From the NCBI GenBank assembly GCA_041664925.1, contig JBAYJV010000001.1, positions 56,121 through 120,120 on the forward strand: a stretch of DNA of 64,000 bases, given 5' to 3'. Every line of letters starts with the position of its first letter. Within the stretch, counting starts at the first letter, position 1. The stretch comes from Minisyncoccota bacterium (GTDB lineage: Bacteria; Patescibacteriota; Minisyncoccia; JBAYJV01). Of the stretch, positions 50,096 to 57,645 are shown piece after piece. The position numbers and the translations under genes are program-made. Under the pieces are notes generated by a model. That model was not told the origin of the DNA. It searched no databases and saw only the letters and a list, made by a program, of their open reading frames with translations.

Positions 50096-50760
50096 TAGTC
50101 GCAGAGGCACAACAGGCAACAATCGTAACCCCAGCCGCGAACGAAACAATCGAGGTTGAAGACCCAACCGCCATCCAGGCGCTGATTCACGCGCGGCACA
50201 CGGTGAGCGCCAGTTTCGTCTTTCCAGCAAGCTTCTTTCTCGTCAAGAGAAATAACCCACTTGCCTTTAGGGAATTTCTCTTTCGCCTGTTCATAGACAA
50301 CAGACAGCCCCTGAGCTCCAACAAGATATGCTCCCTGCGATTTCATGAAAGCCAATCCATCAGGAGAAGAAATCGGCGGTTTCCTGATCAAGAAGATCTT
50401 GGCTACATAGGTTTTGCCAGGAATGAGTCGATGAGTTGGATTCGCGAAGTTATCATTAGTGATTTTCTCGTTGAAATAGTTAAATTCACCGCGATGATTA
50501 TTCGCAAACAAGGCAAGCTGTGTGCTATGACTGTAGTCCAGAGGCACCTTCACCAAGAAAGTGCTCCATAGGGCAAAGCGATCATCTGGAACAGCGCCTT
50601 GGAGCAAAGCTCTCTTCAGGACCTCGTTAAGATCACCTTGACTTTTGCTCCATGCTTCTGCTGTTGCTTGCTCGATCTCGCCAGGTCGCGGCAATTGCCG
50701 AATGACACTGGCCAGAAACTCCACCCACCATCCTGAAACCTCTGGGGCTGTTCTGCTCAT
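50095..50760 (-). CDS. DGR target protein A. The C-terminal ~40 codons form variable region VR-A at ~50098-50213.
   Basis: The C-terminal 75 aa are nearly identical to target B. VR-A differs from the TR almost only at TR adenine positions. SD AAAGGAGGG before the ATG at 50760. Confidence 0.7.
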   Translation of the reverse strand: MSRTAPEVSGWWVEFLASVIRQLPRPGEIEQATAEAWSKSQGDLNEVLKRALLQGAVPDDRFALWSTFLVKVPLDYSHSTQLALFANNHRGEFNYFNEKITNDNFANPTHRLIPGKTYVAKIFLIRKPPISSPDGLAFMKSQGAYLVGAQGLSVVYEQAKEKFPKGKWVISLDEKEACWKDETGAHRVPRVNQRLDGGWVFNLDCFVRGWGYDCCLLCLCD

Positions 50761-51023
50761 AGCAGTTGTTCCCTCCTTTTCCAACTCTCTTGGCAAGCAT
50801 TGCGAGCCCTAGAGAGTTGTGATCCCGGATTGCCGGGACTTCTTTTGGCTATTAGATAGGCCGCCAAATGCCTTGCTCCCCACAACGAGAAGCGCAAAAG
50901 GCATTAAAATTAACGCTCTTTGCGCTTATTACTGTATTCATCTTTATCACGAAGAAACTACTTTCTTTCATTCTATCACACTTCAATAAAAAAATCAAGC
51001 GATTAACTTATTTTTAGAAATTA

Positions 51024-52004
51024 TTAATCAAAAATAAGCCCAATGCGTTTCCTCAATTTATAAGTATTCCCATGACTCAATAATCCTCGATAAGAAATAA
51101 TTGTTTGCGGTTCAGGGTAATTCTTTAACTTTCTAATAATTTTTCTTTTGGTTTTTGTTCTAATTTGCCGATGATATGGAAAGTGTATCCATCCTAAAAA
51201 ATCTATACCAGAAGCATGTGTTTTGATAAACATTTTTTCTTCGCGCAAATTTAATCCAAGTTTATCGTGTAAAAATTCACGGATACTTAATAGCAAAATA
51301 TCAAGATACTCTTTGTCGTCGGATAAAATTACAAAATCATCGGTATAGCGAATATAATATTTTACGCGAAGCTCTTGTTTTAAATACATATCAAAATCAT
51401 GCATATAAATATTGGCAAAAAGTTGTGAGATAATATTTCCTAAAGGCAAACCGATATTTGGACGAGTAACATAAAAACTTGCCAAAACTTTCTTTATCAG
51501 CCACATAACATTAGAATCTTCAATGTGTCTTTCTAGTATTTCAATCAATATTTTGTGATCAATGCTGGCAAAAAACTTCTTAATATCACATTTAAGCACA
51601 TAACAATTTCGCGAATTATTTTTTGATACTTTTCTCGCAAAATACCTAATCCTATTGAGCGCTTTATGGGTTCCTTTTTTCTTACGGCACGAATAAGAAT
51701 CATATATAAATTGCTTATCAAAGTACTCATATAATTCTTGGTACATCAAATGATGCAATAAACGATCGCGCACGGTTGCTTTATGAATAATGCGCGGTTT
51801 TGGATCGGAAATGCTAAACTTAAAATAAGGGCCATGCTCGTATGTTTGAAAAGCAAGAGAGCGATAAAGATCAACTATATTATCGGCAAGATTAACTTGA
51901 AAAATCATTACATCTTTTCTGTGTTTTTTGCCTCGTAAAAAACATTCCCAAGCTACAAGCAAATTTTCAATCTTTATGATATTCTTGTATTTATGGTTAA
52001 ACAT
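51024..52004 (-). CDS. Diversity-generating retroelement reverse transcriptase
   Basis: RT motifs: YVLKCDIKKFFASIDH; LPLGNIISQLFANIYM, which carries the DGR-hallmark LGxxxSQ; and YIRYTDDFVIL (YxDD). Start taken at MFNHKY. Confidence 0.8.
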   Translation of the reverse strand: MFNHKYKNIIKIENLLVAWECFLRGKKHRKDVMIFQVNLADNIVDLYRSLAFQTYEHGPYFKFSISDPKPRIIHKATVRDRLLHHLMYQELYEYFDKQFIYDSYSCRKKKGTHKALNRIRYFARKVSKNNSRNCYVLKCDIKKFFASIDHKILIEILERHIEDSNVMWLIKKVLASFYVTRPNIGLPLGNIISQLFANIYMHDFDMYLKQELRVKYYIRYTDDFVILSDDKEYLDILLLSIREFLHDKLGLNLREEKMFIKTHASGIDFLGWIHFPYHRQIRTKTKRKIIRKLKNYPEPQTIISYRGLLSHGNTYKLRKRIGLIFD

Positions 52005-52020
52005 AAATTCGCCTATATTT

Positions 52021-52407
52021 ATGATGAAACATACATTTGTTTGCGATAAATCTCCTCTTGTGCTTGCAAAAACTAAAGAAGCATACTGGATGTGGCACAA
52101 AAACTTAGTCAATATTAACCGCCTTGATCGATACACAATTGGTTCAAAAATTGATGGTATTTTTTTATCATTATTAGAATTAATTTTTAGAGCCAGTTTT
52201 GCGTATGATAAATTTGAAAAACTTTCTTTAGTTTCGCAAGCCATAGTAAAAAACGATCTCTTAAAATTCTTTTTACAAATTGGCTGGGAACAAAAAATAA
52301 TTGATCATACAAATTATGGTTTACTAATATTGTTTTTAGACGAAATCGGCAGAATGCTTGGGGGCTGGAAAAAGAATCTACGCGAAAAAACTCCTGCCAA
52401 TAAATAG
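52021..52407 (+). CDS. Accessory variability determinant (Avd)-like four-helix-bundle protein (128 aa), inverted relative to the RT and TR
   Basis: The C-terminal DEIGRMLGGWKKNLREK parallels Bordetella bAvd EVGRILGSWIARVNRK. Size and helical pattern fit. It lies between the TR and the RT. Confidence 0.6.
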   Translation: MMKHTFVCDKSPLVLAKTKEAYWMWHKNLVNINRLDRYTIGSKIDGIFLSLLELIFRASFAYDKFEKLSLVSQAIVKNDLLKFFLQIGWEQKIIDHTNYGLLILFLDEIGRMLGGWKKNLREKTPANK

Positions 52408-52424
52408 CAGGAGAAATCAAATTA

Positions 52425-52547
52425 GTGGCAGAGGCACAACAGGCAATAATTGTAATTCCAGTCGTTCTCGAAATAATTGAGGTTGAAGTTCCAATCGCCA
52501 TTCAGGTTCTGATTCATGTTCGGCACACGGTGATTGCCAGTGGCACG
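52425..52547 (-). repeat. DGR template repeat (TR)
   Basis: A non-coding third copy of the ~120-bp VR sequence. All ~27 differences to VR-B are at TR coding-strand adenines, except one next to the IMH-like end (gccac against gcgac). Confidence 0.8.
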
Positions 52548-52868
52548 TAAATTATAACATACCATCTATTCCACCAAAAGCGACGCCTGTCGCTTTTTGT
52601 ATTTTATATTGAGTCTTAATACTCACTAGTATGCTATATCGACTTGTTTGATTTTTTCATAAAAGGATGCGCTCATTCACAAGAACGTATCCGGTGAATA
52701 CCTCGCAAACTCCCTTTATGAGAACTCGATGATATGAAGCCATGACCGCATATCAAATCTAATTTCTAGATTAATTATAATATGAAAAAGGACCCTTGCA
52801 ACTGCAAGGGTCCCCAAAGAAACTAAGAACTCAAAGAACAAATTAAGGAACTAAGTGCCTAAGCACTT

Positions 52869-53516
52869 TTAGTCGCAGAGGCACAACAGGCAATAACTGC
52901 AATTCCAGCCGCCCCCGAAATAATCGAGGTTGAAGCGCCAACCGCCAACCAGGCACTGAACCATGAACGGCACACGGGGAAAGCCAGAGGCGTCTTTCCA
53001 GCAAGCGTCTTTCTCGTCAAGAGAAATAACCCACTTGCCTTTAGGGAATTTCTCTTTCGCCTGTTTATAGACAACAGACAGTCCTTGAGCTCCAACAAGA
53101 ATTGCCCTATGTTGTCTCAGAACTGCCAAATTATCTTCCGAAGAAACAACTGATCCGGAAGTAATTCCAATCAGTTTTACAGTGTAAACCTTTCCCGGAA
53201 TCAGCTTTGTAGTAACGCCAGCAAAATGTTCGTCTGTAATATCATTGTTATAGAAGACAAAATCGCTACCATGCATGCGCTTGAATTTGGCAAGCTGAGT
53301 GGCATGGCCATAGTCATCAGGCACCTTAAATGTAAAAGTGCTCATGACAAAATATCGAGGATCTATGGTTCTTAAAAACCTTTCTCTTCCTTCTTTTGTC
53401 AAACCATTAAACCACTCCCATTGTTCAAGAGTGATTTGTCCTTGCCGCGCTTTCTGTAGCGTGTCAACTAGCAGACCAGCCATTTTGGCCGCTTCTGCGC
53501 CGATGACGATTGTCAT
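52869..53516 (-). CDS. DGR target protein B. VR-B at ~52873-52994.
   Basis: C-terminus GAQGLSVVYKQAKEKFPKGKWVISLDEKDACWKD...CLLCLCD. An adenine-specific TR/VR mismatch pattern. SD AAAAAAGGAG before the ATG. The 5' flank is shared with target A. Confidence 0.7.
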   Translation of the reverse strand: MTIVIGAEAAKMAGLLVDTLQKARQGQITLEQWEWFNGLTKEGRERFLRTIDPRYFVMSTFTFKVPDDYGHATQLAKFKRMHGSDFVFYNNDITDEHFAGVTTKLIPGKVYTVKLIGITSGSVVSSEDNLAVLRQHRAILVGAQGLSVVYKQAKEKFPKGKWVISLDEKDACWKDASGFPRVPFMVQCLVGGWRFNLDYFGGGWNCSYCLLCLCD

Positions 53517-53915
53517 CGTTTTCTCCTTTTTTGGCTGTTAAAGGCCGCCAGAACCTTGCTTCTCACAACGAGAAGCGCAAAAGGCATTAAAATTAACGCT
53601 CTTTGCGCTTATCGCTATAATTGCAAAATTAAAGATAACGCTCTTTGCGCTTATCGCTATAATTGTGCAAAATCCTATTTATTTCGCATCATATTTATAC
53701 ATACCACATTATTGGTAATAAATCAAGGGTTTAAGGGTGATATGTGTATATGTGTTGATTTTTTTAATTTTATAGTTACAATTGTCAATGCGTGTTAAAA
53801 AGACACATGTTCCTAAAAAGGAGGTTTATGACTTTTCCGTCAGCGCTTTCTCCTCCAAGACTCTTTTGACGAATTGGTGTGGTGACCAACAAACAAAAGT
53901 CAAAGGAGAGATACA

Positions 53916-54332
53916 GTGGATGTGACGGAACTTCGAACCCCAGTCTTGTTCCAAGACCCTGAAGTTGAAGGAGTATCCTTTCATATTGGGTGCAATCATG
54001 GTTCTCAGGAAATAATGCTCTGTGAAAGCAGTCAACAAGCATTAATGATGAGACAAGCTCTCGAATTAGTCGGTCTCAATGTCATTCCTGGAAAAGAGAG
54101 ACTTGAAACTAATGGTGATGGAAAAAGACAATTTAAGGCCTTCCCTATTAATGTAACGCCGGGTTGCCACAGAAATGGAACAGTTGTCGTAAACTGTCAT
54201 GATCAAACTGCGGCAATAGCGCTTGAAGTTCTTGTTCGTCAACCGAAAGTTCACTTTGCGTCATTTGATGTTCTCCCTATTAAAGATAGCAGAAGAAGTA
54301 CTGGAGGAAAAAGAGTTAGTAGTCGTAGATAA
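53916..54332 (+). CDS. Hypothetical protein (138 aa; GTG start), GC-rich island gene
   Basis: AAGGAGAG sits 6 nt before the GTG. It is preceded by a 13-codon micro-ORF MTFPSALSPPRLF that has a perfect SD. Confidence 0.4.
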   Translation: MDVTELRTPVLFQDPEVEGVSFHIGCNHGSQEIMLCESSQQALMMRQALELVGLNVIPGKERLETNGDGKRQFKAFPINVTPGCHRNGTVVVNCHDQTAAIALEVLVRQPKVHFASFDVLPIKDSRRSTGGKRVSSRR

Positions 54333-54387
54333 AACAATAAAGAACCTCGCTAGAAGTTAGCGGGGTTCATTTTTTTGTATTAATTTA

Positions 54388-55206
54388 TTATTTCATTATT
54401 TCTGAAACTTCCCTAAAACGATTAGGAAGAGTTTCTTTAAAGTATATTTCCCTTTCCAATTCGTTAATATTTTCGATATCCTGCCAAAGAGCTCTTCCTG
54501 CCAAAAATCCAACCGCGCCATTTTTTGATGCTACTTCAAGTTCCGATTCAAAAACTTCAAAACTCACTCCTTTAGTTAATAAAATCCAAGGAATACCTTC
54601 AAGAATTTTTGTTATATCCTTGCACAACAAATCATTTCCCGGAAAATCAAGTTTGAAAACATCGGGACGGATGTCATTTTTAAGTAATAATTTTAAAGAT
54701 TCTATAACTAGACCTACATCATTGCCTTCGTTCGGATCAATGATTACTTCTAGAAATAATGGTAACTCATTTTTCCTTGAATCCTCAAGGATTCTTTTTG
54801 CAATTTCGATTTGATGAATTGCGGTTTTTTTGTGAGGATGAAAAGGCAAGAGAAGTTTTACACCGGAAGCTCCTAGAATTTTAAGTTGCTCTACTTTATA
54901 TTGGATTTCTGTTTTTGGACCATCTTCGCTTTTTTCATATCCGGATCTTTCCGCACACAAAAGATAAGGAACTCCTTTGTCTTTTTTTATTTGATTATAT
55001 GCTTCATAGCCATAAAAAGGATCAATCAAAAGACCGCTCATTTGATCCAAGGTTGATTCAATGATTTTCTTTTTAAGTTCGACTATCTCTTCTTTTTTAA
55101 CGCTATCAGGATTACTGGGATTAATAATCTTTTTGAAGGTCGTTCTGTGATCAAGCGCCAGCATCAGAAACTTCCCGTCTTTCTTAAATATGTTTAAATT
55201 TGTCAT
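54388..55206 (-). CDS. Class I aldolase (DhnA/LacD-like fructose- or tagatose-bisphosphate aldolase family)
   Basis: FLMLALDHRTTF and TIM-barrel aldolase length. Start taken at MTNLNIFKK because the longer frame runs through a terminator-like hairpin. Confidence 0.5.
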   Translation of the reverse strand: MTNLNIFKKDGKFLMLALDHRTTFKKIINPSNPDSVKKEEIVELKKKIIESTLDQMSGLLIDPFYGYEAYNQIKKDKGVPYLLCAERSGYEKSEDGPKTEIQYKVEQLKILGASGVKLLLPFHPHKKTAIHQIEIAKRILEDSRKNELPLFLEVIIDPNEGNDVGLVIESLKLLLKNDIRPDVFKLDFPGNDLLCKDITKILEGIPWILLTKGVSFEVFESELEVASKNGAVGFLAGRALWQDIENINELEREIYFKETLPNRFREVSEIMK

Positions 55207-55433
55207 ATAGACTAATTCTATCAAAAAAAACCTCCCCTTGAAAGAGGGGGGAGATAGAAGATAGCCCCGCACAATTCTTGCTAAGCTTAAGTGAAGCTAG
55301 AATTTAGGGAGTCCCGTGAACCTTCGTGTATTTCAAGATAAACAAAGTAAAATATGCGGGGTCCTCGTAAAACCAATGATTCGCTAAGAGCTCATCAGGT
55401 TTTACGGGAAAGTTAGAATGCTGAATACAAAAT

Positions 55434-55751
55434 CTAATCACCAAGTTTTAATTTATAATCCTGACCGTTGTTTAATGAATGGTAGCTGAAAATTGAATTA
55501 TTGTATGGATCTCCTGAAATATATTCCTCGGTTTTTAATAGATTAATTAGCGATTCTCCATTATTGGCTTCGGGGTAAAACCCGTTGTTAGAATAATAAA
55601 GCTCAAGAGCAGTTGAAATTTGATGAATATTGGCTTGATTTGCCATAGATTTCGTTTCTTTTAAAATATCTTCTATATGCAAAGTTGCGCCATTAACGAC
55701 AATAGTGGTGCCGATGAGCGATGCGATTAGAAAATGTAGAAGTGATTTCAT
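55434..55751 (-). CDS. Secreted protein with a pseudopilin (GspG-like) C-terminal domain signature
   Basis: Signal peptide, then ISTALELYYSNNGFYPE...YISGDPYNN. It lacks a classical prepilin leader. Confidence 0.35.
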   Translation of the reverse strand: MKSLLHFLIASLIGTTIVVNGATLHIEDILKETKSMANQANIHQISTALELYYSNNGFYPEANNGESLINLLKTEEYISGDPYNNSIFSYHSLNNGQDYKLKLGD

Positions 55752-55810
55752 AATTTAGTTTTAGATAATATTCATATTCTATACAAATAATATCTTTTGT
55801 CAAGAAAAAA

Positions 55811-55918
55811 AGTCCTCCTTCGCCCTAACAGGCTACGGCGGGATTATTGATTGCATAATCTTCATTTTGTTCAGAAATGCAATCAATAAAAAAACCCGCC
55901 TTTTTCTTTTGGCGGGCA
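55811..55918 (-). other. Second copy of the composite 3' module: terminator, then the inverted repeat ttattgattgca...tgcaatcaataa, then a structured motif
   Basis: Downstream of 55924..56232. Collinear with 36858-36995. Confidence 0.5.
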
Positions 55919-55923
55919 ACACT

Positions 55924-56232
55924 CTAACTTCTTTTGCGATGAAAGAACTGCGACAAAGCAAAACGATGATGTTTTTCAGGCAATCTTGGTAATTCAGAAA
56001 CTTGACCAGTGGCAAAAGCGATCGCCTGACGCTTTATTTCTTCACATTTTTCATGCGACATACCCAATTCCTCGAACATATAACTTAAGGAATCTGTAAC
56101 TAATTCAGGCAAAGGTCGCCCTACTCTTTTTGCAAACATACTATCTAAAGCCATTTGGTCCCCAGCCATGCCGTCATACCACACATACTTTCTTTTTCCT
56201 CCAATTCTTTTGAGCCACCTGAATAACCTCAT
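55924..56232 (-). CDS. Hypothetical small protein (102 aa), GC-rich island gene
   Basis: AAAGGAGG before the ATG. The structured motif atcctcccgtagttctggcgagccagaacgaaggaggat lies in its leader. Confidence 0.4.
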   Translation of the reverse strand: MRLFRWLKRIGGKRKYVWYDGMAGDQMALDSMFAKRVGRPLPELVTDSLSYMFEELGMSHEKCEEIKRQAIAFATGQVSELPRLPEKHHRFALSQFFHRKRS

Positions 56233-56371
56233 ACTCTGCCTCCTTTGATCGCTTTGATGTACTAATTATAAGTTACTATTTGAAACATGCATCCTCCTTC
56301 GTTCTGGCTCGCCAGAACTACGGGAGGATACAAGAAAGCGTAAATTCTTTTATCATTAACGCTTTCTAGTA

Positions 56372-56444
56372 CAGGGGCGGCAGGACTTGAACCTGCAACC
56401 ACTGGTTTTGGAGACCAGTACTCTGCCAATTGAGCTACGCCCCT
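56372..56444 (-). tRNA. tRNA-Trp (CCA)
   Basis: Cloverleaf aggggcg/cgcccct acceptor, anticodon loop cuCCAaa, T-loop ttcaagt. No encoded CCA. Confidence 0.85.
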
Positions 56445-56479
56445 TCAAAGTAATGAGTCTTGCTCATTACTATGGTTTG

Positions 56480-56638
56480 CTATTTTTTTGTTTCTTTGTG
56501 CAAAGTGTGTTTTCTATCCCAAGGACAATGTTTCTTTAATGATAATTTTTCTTGGATAGTTTTTTTGTTTTTTCGAGTATTATAATTTACTCTTCCGCAC
56601 TCCGTACATTTCATTTTAACAATACTTTTTTGTGGCAT
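56480..56638 (-). CDS. rpmG: 50S ribosomal protein L33 (52 aa)
   Basis: [52 protein letters not shown] carries the L33 signature. It is below the six-frame ORF length cutoff. Confidence 0.8.
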   Translation of the reverse strand: MPQKSIVKMKCTECGRVNYNTRKNKKTIQEKLSLKKHCPWDRKHTLHKETKK

Positions 56639-56642
56639 GTTT

Positions 56643-57095
56643 TTAATTAATTAATTTCCATTCTCCAGTTTTTAAATCTACTTCATAAATCGACACATTG
56701 GCTCCCATGTATGGATCGCTACCGGAAACTAATTTCCACATATCCTTTCCCGAGTGGAAGAAACCGATAACTTGCCATAGATCATCTTTTTTTTGAAGTA
56801 ATAATTGTCTAGTATTTTGATTATCTCCATACTCAACATACAAACGAGATTTATCTATAAGACTAAAACGGATCAGATGCCAACTTCCACCAAGTACCGG
56901 CTTTTCTGGAGAGAGTTGATTGATATTCTTTGAGATGGAATCTATCGTTTCTTTTGTTAGAGGAACACTCACTGAATTGTCTTCGCGAAATAGCGTTGAC
57001 TCTGGAGTTTCTTTTTTTATCCTACTTAAACAATAGATTGTCCCGCCAATAACCAAAATAATAATAATCAAGATAACAATATTTCTTTTTCCCAT
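56643..57095 (-). CDS. Membrane-anchored hypothetical protein
   Basis: N-terminal TM segment [14 protein letters not shown]. Confidence 0.4.
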   Translation of the reverse strand: MGKRNIVILIIIILVIGGTIYCLSRIKKETPESTLFREDNSVSVPLTKETIDSISKNINQLSPEKPVLGGSWHLIRFSLIDKSRLYVEYGDNQNTRQLLLQKKDDLWQVIGFFHSGKDMWKLVSGSDPYMGANVSIYEVDLKTGEWKLIN

Positions 57096-57150
57096 TCTTT
57101 TTTTACTACAAGTATGAGCCTACTGAGGATTGTTTTTTCTTATTTGGAAC

Positions 57151-57223
57151 AAGCCCACGATCGGGATTGGACCGATGACCTCCCCCTTACCAAGGGGGTG
57201 CTCTACCAACTGAGCTACATGGG
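57151..57223 (-). tRNA. tRNA-Thr (GGU)
   Basis: Acceptor gcccatg/cgtgggc (one G-U pair), D-arm gctcagttggtagagc, anticodon stem ccccc/ggggg with loop uuGGUaa. Confidence 0.75.
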
Positions 57224-57230
57224 CCCTTGT

Positions 57231-57313
57231 ATGGGTAGGGAGGGATTTGAACCCCCGAAGCCATAAGGCGCGAGATTTACAGTCTCGTCCGATTGACCAC
57301 TCCGGCACCTACC
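57231..57313 (-). tRNA. tRNA-Tyr (GUA), long variable arm
   Basis: Acceptor gggtagg/cctaccc, anticodon loop cuGUAaa, type II variable arm, T-loop ttcaaat. Confidence 0.85.
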
Positions 57314-57350
57314 CGTTTAAGTAGCTAAGACTTTATCTAATATATAAATA

Positions 57351-57403
57351 TGCCTCGTCCGATTGACCCCTGCCTGTCGGCAAACAGGACTCCGGCACCT
57401 ACC
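57351..57403 (-). pseudogene. tRNA-Tyr 5' fragment (acceptor and D-arm) interrupted by a 20-nt CCTGCC..GGCAGG-family hairpin
   Basis: gggtaggtgccggagt[cctgtttgccgacaggcagg]ggtcaatcggacgag is otherwise identical to the 5' 35 nt of tRNA-Tyr. Confidence 0.5.
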
Positions 57404-57406
57404 CAG

Positions 57407-57447
57407 TTGGAGCCGTCCCTGAGACTCGAACTCAGAACCTACTGTTT
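57407..57447 (-). other. 3' half of a second tRNA-Thr(UGU)-like gene (anticodon-stem 3' strand, T-arm, acceptor ggacggc, encoded CCA)
   Basis: aaacagtaggttctgagttcgagtctcagggacggctcca. Its acceptor is complementary to the 5' half at 57607-57640. Confidence 0.5.
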
Positions 57448-57473
57448 ATCCCGCACCACGCTTAGTAAGTCCA

Positions 57474-57545
57474 AGCCGAGAGTGAGAATCGAACTCACAA
57501 CCTACTGTTTACAAAACAGTTGCTCTACCGTTGAGCTATCTCGGC
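57474..57545 (-). tRNA. tRNA-Thr (UGU), intact copy
   Basis: gccgaga/tctcggc acceptor, D-arm gctcaacggtagagc, anticodon loop uuUGUaa, T-loop ttcgatt. Confidence 0.8.
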
Positions 57546-57606
57546 GAACTTAGCGAGTGCGGGATCCCGCACTGCTAATCCGCAGAGCGGAAAGCCAGCG
57601 CTGGGA

Positions 57607-57640
57607 CAAAACAGTTGCTCTACCTTTGAGCTAGGACGGC
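57607..57640 (-). other. 5' half of the second tRNA-Thr(UGU)-like gene (acceptor gccgtcc, D-arm, anticodon-stem 5' strand)
   Basis: gccgtcctagctcaaaggtagagcaactgttttg. It is separated from its 3' half by ~160 nt that contain the intact tRNA-Thr. Confidence 0.5.
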
Positions 57641-57645
57641 CCATT

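Noticed and set aside
51024-52244. The RT ORF as a group II intron maturase or retron RT. The 80-aa N-terminal extension (52005-52244) as coding.
   Set aside because: No group II intron domain V or VI RNA is evident. The LGxxxSQ motif and the adjacent TR/VR pairs with an adenine-specific pattern identify it as a DGR RT. The N-terminal extension lies antisense to the avd-like gene and lacks an SD, so the start at MFNHKY is preferred.
52187-52501. 104-aa minus-strand ORF overlapping the TR and the RT leader
   Set aside because: It reads through the non-coding template repeat in a different frame from the VRs and overlaps the avd-like gene antisense. Most likely spurious.
19258-52815. Shared cttgcaacNNgcaag core in three terminator hairpins (19258-19281, 50022-50045, 52792-52815)
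   Set aside because: They are probably just similar GC hairpin terminators. Three copies are too few to call a repeat family, so this is noted only.
57407-57640. Interpreting the split tRNA-Thr as a genuine intron-containing tRNA
   Set aside because: The intervening ~165 nt are far shorter than group I introns and themselves contain a complete tRNA. A duplication or insertion scar is more plausible. It is kept as a finding, but the intron reading is not supported.
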